Source of the DNA: Leptospiraceae bacterium
Lineage (GTDB): Bacteria; Spirochaetota; Leptospiria; Leptospirales; Leptonemataceae
Length of the DNA: 64,000 bases
Assembly (NCBI GenBank): GCA_040217195.1
Contig: JAVJNR010000008.1
Coordinates: 128,001 to 192,000 of the forward strand
Reading direction: 5' to 3'
Shown here: in pieces, positions 48,462 through 58,333 of the stretch
How positions within the stretch are numbered: the stretch's first letter is position 1
Layout of the letters: each line of letters opens with the position of its first letter
Made by a program: the position numbers and the translations under genes
The notes under the pieces: model-generated
The model's input: the letters and a program-made list of their open reading frames with translations, nothing else
Database searches by the model: none
Told to the model about the DNA's origin: nothing

Positions 48462-51400
48462 TCAAGCTTCCTGCTGCAACATCTTCTCCGGGTTTCGCTC
48501 CAGGCCAGTGAGATCCCATCTCAGTACAATGGCAGTTCCGTAACCCCGAGGTCCTTTTTCCACCTGAAGGTTTGCCAGCAGCGATTGGGCAATTGTGCGA
48601 ATGGCCTGCAAACCTTTACCCTGAGTAGGTTCCGTGCTACCTGCCTTTCTCACCAGGCCTTCTCCATTGTCAGTCACGGAAAGGGAAATTGTATTGTCCT
48701 TTTCCTGGAGCTTAACCTGAAGCCATCGCGCATCGCTATGCTTGATTGCATTATCTATGGCTTCTGTCATGAGCCAGAACACATTTCGGAAGCGATCTCC
48801 GATTCTTGCCTTTACATTTCTGGCAGCCTGCGCATCCCAGAGTAATTCGAACTCCATTCCATTTTCTTCAGCTCGACTCTGGAAGCCCAGAATGTATTCC
48901 TGAAGTCTGGCTGGCAAATCTTGATTTCGATCCACCAGGGGGGGCAGTATACTGCGCGAAACGGATTTTATATCAACAAACAATTCTTCGGGAAGCCCTT
49001 CCGGCTTCTGATCCAATAGTCGGTAAATGCCGCGAGAGCTTTCCAGATAGCGATGGTGCAGAAAGTCCTGTATATCATCTGAAATTCGAATATTTCTCTG
49101 CGCGACCAGCAAATGAGAGCGATTCTTCTCGTATTGAAAGGAAGTGGATACAAAAGGAATCAGGCTTTCCAGAAGCTTCTGGTCTGCATCGCTGATTTCC
49201 GTTTTGGCCGGAAAGGTAGCAACCAGCAATCCGCGAGTGCGATCCCCTTCTACAAGCGGCAGCAACACATAGACTTCCTCGGTTTTTTTTCCTTTCTTAA
49301 TCTTCTTGATTAAACTGGCCTGAGGATCCTGGTCATCCCTTTCTGCATTATAGAATTCCTGGTTATCTGCGATTTCCAGTTCCGGCAGATCATAGGGCCA
49401 TGCATCGGACTTCTTCTTAAGTATGGACGGTCGGTGAGTGGCCAGGGCTTCGCCAAAGAACGTGGAAGCCAGCGGAATAGATGCTCTTACGGGAAACTCC
49501 GGCACATTGCGGCTGTAGAATCGTTCCAGTAGATCGTCTTCGAGCAAAGTGAACACACTCAGGCGTTGCAATTTGTAGTTGGCAAAGACCTGCTTGTCTA
49601 CAGTAGATAGCTTGTCTTCAAAGGTCTGGCTTTCGCTAAGAGAACGAGCAGCGCTGGCCAGCAGGTATCCGGCTTCTCTGGAATTCTTTTCTCTGGTCAG
49701 TGCTTTGTCCAGGTCATCCTTTAGCTGAGATTCCCGATTCCTGGCATTGTCCAGATCTCTCTGGCGTTGATTCAAGGTATCCCGGAGCTGGGCCTCCTGC
49801 TGACTCAGTTTACCAATATTGTTTTCTTTGCTCTGGATTTCTGCCTTTAGTTCTACGATTTCACTATCCAGGTTTCTAATATCGCGGGTAAGCCTGGCTT
49901 CCTGTTCTTTTCTTGCACCAATCTCTTTTCGCAGTCGTTCTTCGCTTTGATGCCCTTCTCGAATGGACTGATTCTTTTCTGCGATCAGGTTTTCCAGTTT
50001 GCTGCTTTCTTTTTTAAGATCTTCAATTAGCTGATTCAGGGACTGGATCTCTGCAGTCTTTTCCTGAATGGTTTGCTTTCTTGCGGATACTTCAATCTCC
50101 AGATCGTGCTTTTCCTGGTTTAGACGGTTTCGCTCCTGGGTGGTGATACGAAGTTCCTGTCTTGTCTGGTCCAGGTCGGCGCTGGTTTTTTCCAGTTCCT
50201 GTTCCAGGTTGCGAATATTTCTTTCCAGCTCATTTCGAATGGAGTCTCTTTCGGCTTCCAGCTGCAATACCTGATCCTGGTGCTGCTTTTCTGCAGAAGC
50301 GATGCTCTGCTTTAAAGAATCGATTTCTCCGGACAGTTGATTTCTCTGTATTTCCAGGTTATGGATTCGATCATCGCGATTTTTTAGAGTAGAATTCAGT
50401 TCCTGGATGTTTTGATCCTTTTCCTGAATCTGAGCGGCTGCTTCATTGCTTGCTCGATCATAGTCGGCTCGATTTTCTGCAATTGTGCTTTCCAGCCGCT
50501 GGATTTCTTCCTGTCTATTCTGTAGTTCTTTCTCCAGACGACTTTTGTTCTGTGAATGCTCCTCTTTTTCCCTGGCCAGACTTCCGCTTACCTGATCATA
50601 CAGATTCTTTAGCTTATAGGCTTCTTCGCGCAATGCGGTTTCATTCTGCTGCGAAGTGCGATACAGTTGTTCATATTTCTCGGTGGCTTCTTTCTCACTC
50701 TGCTCAAGAGTGTTTTGCATATCTGAGATACGGCTGGCTGCCTCATCGGTAACTGCCTTGATCTCGTTTTCCTTTTGCTCCTGTAAAGCTTTCAGGTCAT
50801 TGGATGCTTTTTCCCGGGTTTCTTGAAGTTCCTGTTCGTAGGCTGCTTTCTGGCTTTTAATCTGATTTTCCAGATCTGTTCTGAGTTGTTCAATTCTGGA
50901 ATCTTTGTCTGCCCGTAGTTCTTCCAGAGCAGCATTCTTCTCTTCGTTAAGAGTTTCTATTGTTTGATCCAGCTCGCTTTGCAGTTCGCTAATATCATTC
51001 TCTCTTTTTTGCCTTAGCTGCTGAACTTCCGATTCATGTTGTGCACTGAGCTGCTGGATTTTCTGGTCTTTTTCTGCGGTAATTCGCTCAACGGCTTCTT
51101 CCTTTTCACGGCTGATCTGATTGATCCGGGAATCTCGCTCTTCTTCCAGTGCCTTGATTCGATTATCTTTTTCTGTTCGCAGAGTATTTATATCCTGCTC
51201 GAACTTTTCCTTTTGTTCCTGCACCAGAGTTTCATAGGTCTGAATTTCGTTACGAAGTTCTTCTTCGGTCCTTTTGCGGCTAGTTTGTTCCGCTTCCAGG
51301 CTTCGATTGGTCTCTGCCAGCAGGTTATTGGCGGTTTCCAGGGAATTCTCAAGCTCATCTCTCTGGCTGGTAAGCCTGGATATGTCTGCTTCCTGTCTAT

Positions 51401-52823
51401 GAATGGTATCCAGAGATTCGCTTTCGCTTTCTTCCAGTTTGCGAATTAGCTGAGCTTTCTGGTCTTCAATATTTTTCTCTGTGTCTTCAAGGCTTGAATG
51501 AAGCTGTTGAACCTTTTTATCTAGATCGTTTTTCTGGTTTTGTAGATTTCGTATGGTCTCTTGCTGTTGTTCCAGCTCCTGGTTCAATTTCTGAACAGAT
51601 TCTGTCTTTTCTGCAATCTCATCTTCCAGTTGCTGACGATGGCTTGCTCCTTTCTGAAGCTCTTCTTCCAGGTTTGTCCTGGTCTTTCGTTCCGTTTCTA
51701 GTTCGCTTCGAACTGCATCAATGCCCTGGCTCAGTTCCGCAGCTTCCCTGGTCTTTTCTTCCAGGGCCTTCTCCCTGGATTCCAGAGATTCTGTGAGCTT
51801 CTGGTTCTCTTCTTGCTTTTCTACAAGGCCTGATTGAATTTCCTCTCTCAGAGATTGCTTTTCAGATTCCAGTTTACTGGAGAATTCTTCTTCTCTGGCC
51901 TGAAGTGACTGCTTTGCAGCTTCTTCCAGTTTTTCTTTCTGTTCTTTGAGCTTGGTCTCCAGCGAAGCGGAATGCTCCTTTTTTAGAGCATCCATTTGCT
52001 CCAGAAGGGACTGTCTGGTGGATTCAAGGGTTTGAACATTGCTTCTGGCTTCTTCCAGGTTGTTCTGTGCTTTCTCTCTGGCTTTCTCCGCTGATTGGAG
52101 GGAGCTACTGGATGCTTTTAGCTCTCTGGCCAGCTCATCGCCAACCATCTGTCTGTACTGGGATAGAAAAAATCCCTGGAAGAGGCGCAGATAATCTAGA
52201 TCCGATTTTACAAAATTAGCTGATTCTCTGAATGCGAGTAGGTGGCCTTCCGGTAAATCCATGGATTCCGGGATGGGTAATGTGAGTGCGAATACACCGT
52301 CTGCCTGACTGAATTCCACAGTTGAACCAACGGCAGGTTGATGGGATGCTTTGAATGCTCCGGCATTTTGAATCAATTCATCATTCAAAGCAGGTGAGTC
52401 AGTTCGGCTGGAAGCAATCCATTGCTGATTTCCACTGGAAGCAAATAGAACTCTGTATTGTTTTTCCAGCAAACCAGCAAAAACAATGGAATCCACTTCC
52501 AGGTTTTGTTTAAGGCTTTTGAATATTCTTTGCAGGCTTTGATCGACTGTGCTTTCTTGAGTTGCTTTGATCCAGTCCTTGCCCAGATCCAGGATTGGAT
52601 CCGAAACTCCGCGAGTGGATGCGGGACTGCTCTTTTTTGTTGTGGTTTTTGCGGCCGGACTTGCTGCCGGTTTAGATTTCTTGGCAGCCGGTTTGGCCGG
52701 AGCAGCTTTCTTTTTGGCCGCCGGGGCTGCCTTTTTCTTTGCGCTAGTCTTTACCGTTTTTTTGGCTGTCTTCTTTGCCGCTTTCTTACTTGTCTTCTTA
52801 CTGGTTGCCATGTTCTCGCTCAA
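48462..52823 (-). CDS. Giant coiled-coil protein with GAF-like domains and a C-terminal histidine-kinase-type ATPase domain
   Basis: Lys/Ala-rich N-terminus, GAF-like segment, ~830-aa heptad region, second GAF (LLPLVEGDRTRGLL), EAIDNAIKHS, VTDNGEG, GKGL. Confidence 0.8.
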   Translation of the reverse strand: MSENMATSKKTSKKAAKKTAKKTVKTSAKKKAAPAAKKKAAPAKPAAKKSKPAASPAAKTTTKKSSPASTRGVSDPILDLGKDWIKATQESTVDQSLQRIFKSLKQNLEVDSIVFAGLLEKQYRVLFASSGNQQWIASSRTDSPALNDELIQNAGAFKASHQPAVGSTVEFSQADGVFALTLPIPESMDLPEGHLLAFRESANFVKSDLDYLRLFQGFFLSQYRQMVGDELARELKASSSSLQSAEKAREKAQNNLEEARSNVQTLESTRQSLLEQMDALKKEHSASLETKLKEQKEKLEEAAKQSLQAREEEFSSKLESEKQSLREEIQSGLVEKQEENQKLTESLESREKALEEKTREAAELSQGIDAVRSELETERKTRTNLEEELQKGASHRQQLEDEIAEKTESVQKLNQELEQQQETIRNLQNQKNDLDKKVQQLHSSLEDTEKNIEDQKAQLIRKLEESESESLDTIHRQEADISRLTSQRDELENSLETANNLLAETNRSLEAEQTSRKRTEEELRNEIQTYETLVQEQKEKFEQDINTLRTEKDNRIKALEEERDSRINQISREKEEAVERITAEKDQKIQQLSAQHESEVQQLRQKRENDISELQSELDQTIETLNEEKNAALEELRADKDSRIEQLRTDLENQIKSQKAAYEQELQETREKASNDLKALQEQKENEIKAVTDEAASRISDMQNTLEQSEKEATEKYEQLYRTSQQNETALREEAYKLKNLYDQVSGSLAREKEEHSQNKSRLEKELQNRQEEIQRLESTIAENRADYDRASNEAAAQIQEKDQNIQELNSTLKNRDDRIHNLEIQRNQLSGEIDSLKQSIASAEKQHQDQVLQLEAERDSIRNELERNIRNLEQELEKTSADLDQTRQELRITTQERNRLNQEKHDLEIEVSARKQTIQEKTAEIQSLNQLIEDLKKESSKLENLIAEKNQSIREGHQSEERLRKEIGARKEQEARLTRDIRNLDSEIVELKAEIQSKENNIGKLSQQEAQLRDTLNQRQRDLDNARNRESQLKDDLDKALTREKNSREAGYLLASAARSLSESQTFEDKLSTVDKQVFANYKLQRLSVFTLLEDDLLERFYSRNVPEFPVRASIPLASTFFGEALATHRPSILKKKSDAWPYDLPELEIADNQEFYNAERDDQDPQASLIKKIKKGKKTEEVYVLLPLVEGDRTRGLLVATFPAKTEISDADQKLLESLIPFVSTSFQYEKNRSHLLVAQRNIRISDDIQDFLHHRYLESSRGIYRLLDQKPEGLPEELFVDIKSVSRSILPPLVDRNQDLPARLQEYILGFQSRAEENGMEFELLWDAQAARNVKARIGDRFRNVFWLMTEAIDNAIKHSDARWLQVKLQEKDNTISLSVTDNGEGLVRKAGSTEPTQGKGLQAIRTIAQSLLANLQVEKGPRGYGTAIVLRWDLTGLERNPEKMLQQEA

Positions 52824-52852
52824 AAATAGTACTGATCTAGATATGAAGTGGA

Positions 52853-53722
52853 TTATTCATCAAGAGGCATTCCGGCATTCTTGAATCTTCGTTTTGTTCC
52901 CATGCGGAAAGCCAGGTCCAGCCAGGATTCAGGAATAAGCTTTGTAGCCGCATATACCAGCTTTGCATCCGTTCCAATGCGATAGGTTCCTGGAAGATTA
53001 CGTTTTTGCACCAGAGCAGCTATCTTCTGTCCTGCGCGAAAGGCAGGTGTAGAAAAGGATCCATACTCCTTTATTTCTGAACCAATCATTCGGTTATAAG
53101 GACCGTATGGGCCTTTCAATTTTTCCAGGGAAGGCACCTGCATATTGGTCTTGAATTCAGTGCGAATCAATCCTGGCTCTACCGCGCATACCTGGATACC
53201 CAGAGGGACCAGCTCATAGCGAAGGGATTTTGTAAATCCAGATACGGCCCATTTGGAGGTACAGTATGCAGATCCGGTGGGAAGAACAACCCTTCCCAGA
53301 ATAGAACTTACATTGATTATCTGAGCATTTTCGATGGATCGCAGGGAGGGTAGTAGTTCTTTCGTAACATTCAAAATGCCCTGGAGATTTGTATCCATCT
53401 GTTTTTGAAATGCGCTGGCCGGCAATTCCTCAAAGCAACCGTACAGACCGTAACCTGCATTGTTAATTAGCGTATGGATGGGGCCATTTTTCAGTTCCCG
53501 GGCGATCTGAGTCTTAACTTCGCGAGCGGATGTTACATCAAACCTGGCAATCTTAAATGGAGGAGGTGATTTTTCGCCTCTGCTCTTCCAGAGCTTCTGG
53601 AATTTATTCGGATTACGAATGCCAGCAATCACTTCATGTCCCATCCTGGACAGCTGCAATGCGGTTTCCAGACCGATACCGGAACCGGCGCCCGTAATGA
53701 GAATTCGTCGAACAGTATTCAC
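52853..53722 (-). CDS. SDR family oxidoreductase
   Basis: TGAGSGIG, LINNAG, YCTSK. Confidence 0.93.
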   Translation of the reverse strand: MNTVRRILITGAGSGIGLETALQLSRMGHEVIAGIRNPNKFQKLWKSRGEKSPPPFKIARFDVTSAREVKTQIARELKNGPIHTLINNAGYGLYGCFEELPASAFQKQMDTNLQGILNVTKELLPSLRSIENAQIINVSSILGRVVLPTGSAYCTSKWAVSGFTKSLRYELVPLGIQVCAVEPGLIRTEFKTNMQVPSLEKLKGPYGPYNRMIGSEIKEYGSFSTPAFRAGQKIAALVQKRNLPGTYRIGTDAKLVYAATKLIPESWLDLAFRMGTKRRFKNAGMPLDE

Positions 53723-53823
53723 TGCTTTGATGAATTTCCACGATTGGATCTCTGGTAAAGCCCAAAAATTTCAATTTCGACTTTACAGCATAGGGCCTCT
53801 GAATTTTCTTCCAAGTATTCCTT

Positions 53824-53896
53824 GGGGGCTTAGCTCAGCTGGGAGAGCGTCTGCCTTGCACGCAGAAGGTCACCGGTTCGATCCCGGTAGTCTCCA
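53824..53896 (+). tRNA. tRNA-Ala(TGC)
   Basis: GGGGGCT/AGTCTCC acceptor with G3:U70, anticodon loop CTTGCAC, GTTCGAT T-loop; CCA not encoded. Confidence 0.97.
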
Positions 53897-53944
53897 AATT
53901 TTACTTCCCAATAGAAACGCAGCAATCCAAATGCAGGAAGCTTT

Positions 53945-54853
53945 ATGAAAAAGGCAAAAAAGCTCCTGCAGGATCTGCTGTCCCGTTCCCTAAACACAGA
54001 ACAGATCCATTATGTCGGAAGAGAAGTGGATCCTTCTTTTGACCTGGCCGAGGTATCGGGCTTCGGGGATCATATTGTCATCCCTCGACAGGTGGCCGCT
54101 CAATGTGTCATTCAGTACTTCAGCGCAAGGGAGCGACTTCTGGATTTCATCGCCAAGCTGGTAATGCTGGAAGGCGGCGGTGGAAGCGGAGGAATCATCA
54201 AGCTCAAAGGCATTGAGCCAATCATCAATGAGTTACGAGAACATGGATTTGTTCTGGATAGAGAAAAGGGCGGATTCATTCGAGATCAGGCTCAGTCCAA
54301 GACACAGGACTGGGGCTTTCTACGAGAGAATCAAGAATATAGACTGGCTTTTGTTAGCGTGGACATTGTAGGTAGTTCCGAACTCATCCGAACAAACGTA
54401 AAAGTGGATGTAGAGACTACAATTCGCACTTTGCGGGATTTTGTAGGCACTAATGTTGAATTGAATAATGGCCGGATCTGGTTCTGGTACGGAGATGGCG
54501 GAATGGCCGCCTTCATCGGTGATAGTTGCGTGCAAAGTGCTGTCATGTCCTGTCTGGGCATTCTGGCTTATTTACCGGTATACAATATTACTCGAAATGC
54601 ACTTAGAGAAGAAAATGACATTCGCCTTAGAATTGGGGTTCATTACGGCTCCGTGGTCTATCATGCTGATACATCCAAGATGCACAGCGAAGATATGGAA
54701 CGGGCTTCCAGACTGGAAGACAGACATGGAATTCCAAACTCCATCATATTGAGCGAAACGGCCTTTAATTTGCTGCCAGATGAGCTTCGTAAATATTTTC
54801 AGGAATCCGGCAGCGCTGATTTCGGAGCCCTTTACCAGAATCTAACGATCTAG
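53945..54853 (+). CDS. Class III adenylate/guanylate cyclase-domain protein
   Basis: SVDIVGSS, GDG, LRIGVHYG, ASRLE. Confidence 0.8.
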   Translation: MKKAKKLLQDLLSRSLNTEQIHYVGREVDPSFDLAEVSGFGDHIVIPRQVAAQCVIQYFSARERLLDFIAKLVMLEGGGGSGGIIKLKGIEPIINELREHGFVLDREKGGFIRDQAQSKTQDWGFLRENQEYRLAFVSVDIVGSSELIRTNVKVDVETTIRTLRDFVGTNVELNNGRIWFWYGDGGMAAFIGDSCVQSAVMSCLGILAYLPVYNITRNALREENDIRLRIGVHYGSVVYHADTSKMHSEDMERASRLEDRHGIPNSIILSETAFNLLPDELRKYFQESGSADFGALYQNLTI

Positions 54854-54872
54854 GATATATCAGGACAAACAG

Positions 54873-55910
54873 GTGCAACTGCTAATCATTGATCCAGACC
54901 AGGGAATTCAAGAATACTATCGGAACACTCTGGAGTCTCAGTTTCAGGGGATTTCGGTGGATTTTGTTAATCGAATCTCCGAGGCAGAAGAAAGGCTGGG
55001 AAAGACGGATTATGATCTGGTTATAACCGAAACGGAACTGGAACGTCCTTTCTTCGCCTTCCTGGATGGACTGGTTCGGGTAGGGATGCCCATCATTGTA
55101 GTTAGCCGTGACGATGCAGAACGTCTTGCTGTAGAGAGCATTCGCCTGGGTGCCATCGACTTCATCTCGAAAAAGAATCTAAAGCTGGGAATTTTCTCCA
55201 ATATTCTGGCTCGTGCTTTGCTGGATGGAGAACGATGGAAGAAAATTCGTGAGTTTGCAGCCGGTCTTCCTCCTTATCCGGAAGTGCGAAATCATACAGA
55301 AAAAATTCTAAGCGCCATTAAGAAAGAGAAAGAAGAGAAAACCCGTCTGGCTGCCGCCCAGAAGCTAACCGGCGGAATGAAGAATCTCAAAGAGGGACAC
55401 GCCTACAACATCCTCTTTCTTTATGCTACCATCAAGTTTACCCCGGCCACTTTTTCACAGATGGATGATTGGCAGCTACAGCAGGTGCTCAGCCGCTGGA
55501 AGAAGGTTCTGGGACGTATCCCGGAGTCCTACGGCGGTCAGGTCTGGATTGAAAAGAAGGACTCTCTGGTCATCGCCTTTGACGGGGAGGATGTTCTATC
55601 CGCTTTACTGGCATCCATGGAAATGAACTCCAGGATTTTCCTTCTTTCCGGTGAATTGCCCATTGATCGCGCCGAATTGAGTATTGCACTGTCTGCTGGC
55701 CAGACTGTTTATACCGCAGATATGGGAAGTCTGGTTTCTGAAGCATTGAATTTCTCTGCACACCTGGCCTATCGCGAATCCTCAAACAATGGTATATTCC
55801 TGCCTGGAGAAATTCATGAGCGTCTGAATGGACGTAGTCGAAAATACTTCTTCCGGGAAGATGCTGCCTTTGAGGGGAGAACTATTTATCGTTTTGAACG
55901 TACCGCCTGA
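54873..55910 (+). CDS. Receiver domain fused to a degenerate cyclase-like domain
   Basis: LLIIDPD, YDLVITE, GAIDFISK; C-terminal YGGQVW..KKDSLVIAF, SEALNFSAHL. Confidence 0.7.
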   Translation: MQLLIIDPDQGIQEYYRNTLESQFQGISVDFVNRISEAEERLGKTDYDLVITETELERPFFAFLDGLVRVGMPIIVVSRDDAERLAVESIRLGAIDFISKKNLKLGIFSNILARALLDGERWKKIREFAAGLPPYPEVRNHTEKILSAIKKEKEEKTRLAAAQKLTGGMKNLKEGHAYNILFLYATIKFTPATFSQMDDWQLQQVLSRWKKVLGRIPESYGGQVWIEKKDSLVIAFDGEDVLSALLASMEMNSRIFLLSGELPIDRAELSIALSAGQTVYTADMGSLVSEALNFSAHLAYRESSNNGIFLPGEIHERLNGRSRKYFFREDAAFEGRTIYRFERTA

Positions 55911-56869
55911 TGGCACGGATCTTCGAAAGGATTGGATTACTTTTTCCTCTGTGGATAGCTATCTGCGTATCCATTGCTATTGTAGAACCATCGGTGTTTA
56001 CCTGGTTTTCCGGGCTGCTCATCCCACTGGGCCTGGCAGGTATCATGCTCAGCATGGGCCTAACTCTTTTGCCCGCGGATTTTAAGCGAATCCTTGCCTT
56101 TCCGGTGCCCATACTTCTGGGAGTTTTATTTCAATACACAATCATGCCTGCTCTGGGTTATGCAATTGGTATCTTGCTCGAAATGGATGCCCCTCTACGG
56201 GCCGGTCTGATTCTGGTAGCAAGCTGCCCTGGAGGCACTGCATCCAATGTGGTGGCTCTTCTGGCCAGGGCCAATGTGGCTTTATCCGTATCCATGACAG
56301 CTGTTTCAACTCTGCTATCAGCTCTGGCCACTCCTGCAGCCGTTGAGATTTTGCTTTCTGGATCATCCATCGATGTATCTTTTCTGGGGCTTCTGCGTTC
56401 TACAGTGTTGATTGTAGTTTTGCCGGTACTGGGAGGAGTTCTGCTCAATCGCTACTTTGGAAAAGAATCGTTCATGCATCGGATGAAGCCTGCCTTGCCG
56501 GCCGTGGCTGTGCTCTTGATCTGTCTGATCGTTGCTTCTGTGATCGGAAAGGATAGAAATCTGCTACTGGAGTCTGGATGGCTCATACTGCTGGCTGCCA
56601 TCATTCTGCACTCCGTGGGATTTCTTCTGGGTTATCTGTTCACTCGAATTGCACTTCATTTTCGACCGGATGTGGAAAACATGGCCAGGACCATCTCCAT
56701 TGAGGTTGGAATGCAAAATTCAGGTCTGGGAGTTGTACTGGCTCGTGCCCATTTCGCTCATCCTGCTGTGGCGCTGCCGGCGGCTGTTTCCAGCGTGGTG
56801 CATTCTCTAATAGGAAGCGCCCTTTCCGTGGTCTGGCGAAAGATTTATCCGGTCAATGATCCAGATTGA
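55910..56869 (+). CDS. Bile acid:sodium symporter family transporter
   Basis: QYTIMP, CPGGTASNV, IEVGMQNSGL. Confidence 0.93.
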   Translation: MARIFERIGLLFPLWIAICVSIAIVEPSVFTWFSGLLIPLGLAGIMLSMGLTLLPADFKRILAFPVPILLGVLFQYTIMPALGYAIGILLEMDAPLRAGLILVASCPGGTASNVVALLARANVALSVSMTAVSTLLSALATPAAVEILLSGSSIDVSFLGLLRSTVLIVVLPVLGGVLLNRYFGKESFMHRMKPALPAVAVLLICLIVASVIGKDRNLLLESGWLILLAAIILHSVGFLLGYLFTRIALHFRPDVENMARTISIEVGMQNSGLGVVLARAHFAHPAVALPAAVSSVVHSLIGSALSVVWRKIYPVNDPD

Positions 56870-56870
56870 A

Positions 56871-58253
56871 TTATTGTCCTGCAGTAACGCTAATTCCGTC
56901 TACCAGAAGGTAAGGGGCTCGGGCCCCACCCATGATCTCAAACTCCCGGTCGGTGGCGGCCACTACATTCTTTAGAACATCAAACAGATTGCCAGAAACC
57001 ATAACTTCCTTCACCGGTCGCACCTCTCCGTTCTCAATCCAGTAGGAGTTCTTGGCTACACCTGAGAAATGGCCAGAAGACGGATCTGCATTTCCACTAA
57101 ATCGTTTGATCAATAGTCCTTTATTCAGCCGTCCATAGAGAGAATTCAGTTCCTGCTTTTCAATGGAATCATCGAACTCCAGCTTAACGTTGAAAAAACC
57201 CACGCCCGGTGTGCCGGATGAACCTCCGGCTGAGTTTCCGGTGGCCGCTACACCTGCTCGAGAGGCGCTGTAGATGTTATGACCCACAAAGTTCAGCCTG
57301 CCTGCAGCCACCAGTTCATGGCGGGATGTAAAATGACCTTCTCTGTCGAATGGATTATAGGTCTCCGGTCGGCTGGTATCCAGGGGGTCCTCATAGACAG
57401 TCAGTCCAGCCATGGCCACTAACTCGCCCATTTGATCCTTCCAGGGGCTGGTACCATCCACCTGGCTTTTTCCATTCGCATTGGATGATACGGTTCCCAG
57501 AACAAATTGCCTGACCAGTGCTGGATGCAATAGAACCGGGCCTTTATAGCTTTCGCCCTGGCCTGGATTCAAGGAAGCCAGAACACTTGTGGAAAATCGA
57601 TCCATGGAGGATTGAATCCTGGAACTGATCTGGGATTTATCGAAAGCTACACCGCCATCATAGTCGAAGCTTGTTACCTGGTCTCCGTCCCGGGCCATGC
57701 CCATGGCGCTCCAGTTTATGTATGCGCGTCGCATGCTGAGCTCAATACCGTTACTATTGACTATGCTTCGGGCATCTCGAACCAGTGCCAGTTCTACACG
57801 ATCCAGGCGAACCCGGGGATCTGCCGTGGCCCTGGAAATAATTTCTTCTGTGAATTCAAAGATTTCAGATTCGGATAGATTAATTAGTTCATCCGATTCA
57901 TGGATAAATGGCTGCGCCTGGGAATGCCTGGTTTCTGGTTTTGCAAAATCATAGTGCTCGGACGGTGGAGAAAGCTGGCCAATGGAGTAGGCTTCCTTAA
58001 CAGCGCTTTGAATGGATTTCGGAGAGGTAGAGTTGGTGGAAACGAATCCTGGTTTGTGGTCCTGAAGTGTGCGAATTCCCAGCCTGCTATTACTTCCGCT
58101 GGTACTTACCGAAAAATCGTCGCTTTCATATACGATTCTGGTTTCTTCAGAGGCTCCGCCAAATACTTCCATCTGCCTGGCTGCGGCAGAATTTAGGGCT
58201 TCCCGGGAGCGTTGTATCAGGGTATCATTCAGTTCTAGTTCTTTTATGGTCAT
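56871..58253 (-). CDS. tldE: TldE/PmbA family protein
   Basis: PFDREG, TGNS, SGHFSG, PVKEVMVSGN; downstream of tldD; no HExxxH seen. Confidence 0.88.
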   Translation of the reverse strand: MTIKELELNDTLIQRSREALNSAAARQMEVFGGASEETRIVYESDDFSVSTSGSNSRLGIRTLQDHKPGFVSTNSTSPKSIQSAVKEAYSIGQLSPPSEHYDFAKPETRHSQAQPFIHESDELINLSESEIFEFTEEIISRATADPRVRLDRVELALVRDARSIVNSNGIELSMRRAYINWSAMGMARDGDQVTSFDYDGGVAFDKSQISSRIQSSMDRFSTSVLASLNPGQGESYKGPVLLHPALVRQFVLGTVSSNANGKSQVDGTSPWKDQMGELVAMAGLTVYEDPLDTSRPETYNPFDREGHFTSRHELVAAGRLNFVGHNIYSASRAGVAATGNSAGGSSGTPGVGFFNVKLEFDDSIEKQELNSLYGRLNKGLLIKRFSGNADPSSGHFSGVAKNSYWIENGEVRPVKEVMVSGNLFDVLKNVVAATDREFEIMGGARAPYLLVDGISVTAGQ

Positions 58254-58333
58254 AGCTTGGTTTAAATAGGCAAAATTGTAATCGATTTATGGGAATTGCT
58301 AAAGTGGCGAAAGAGTCTTGATCTATAGATCTC

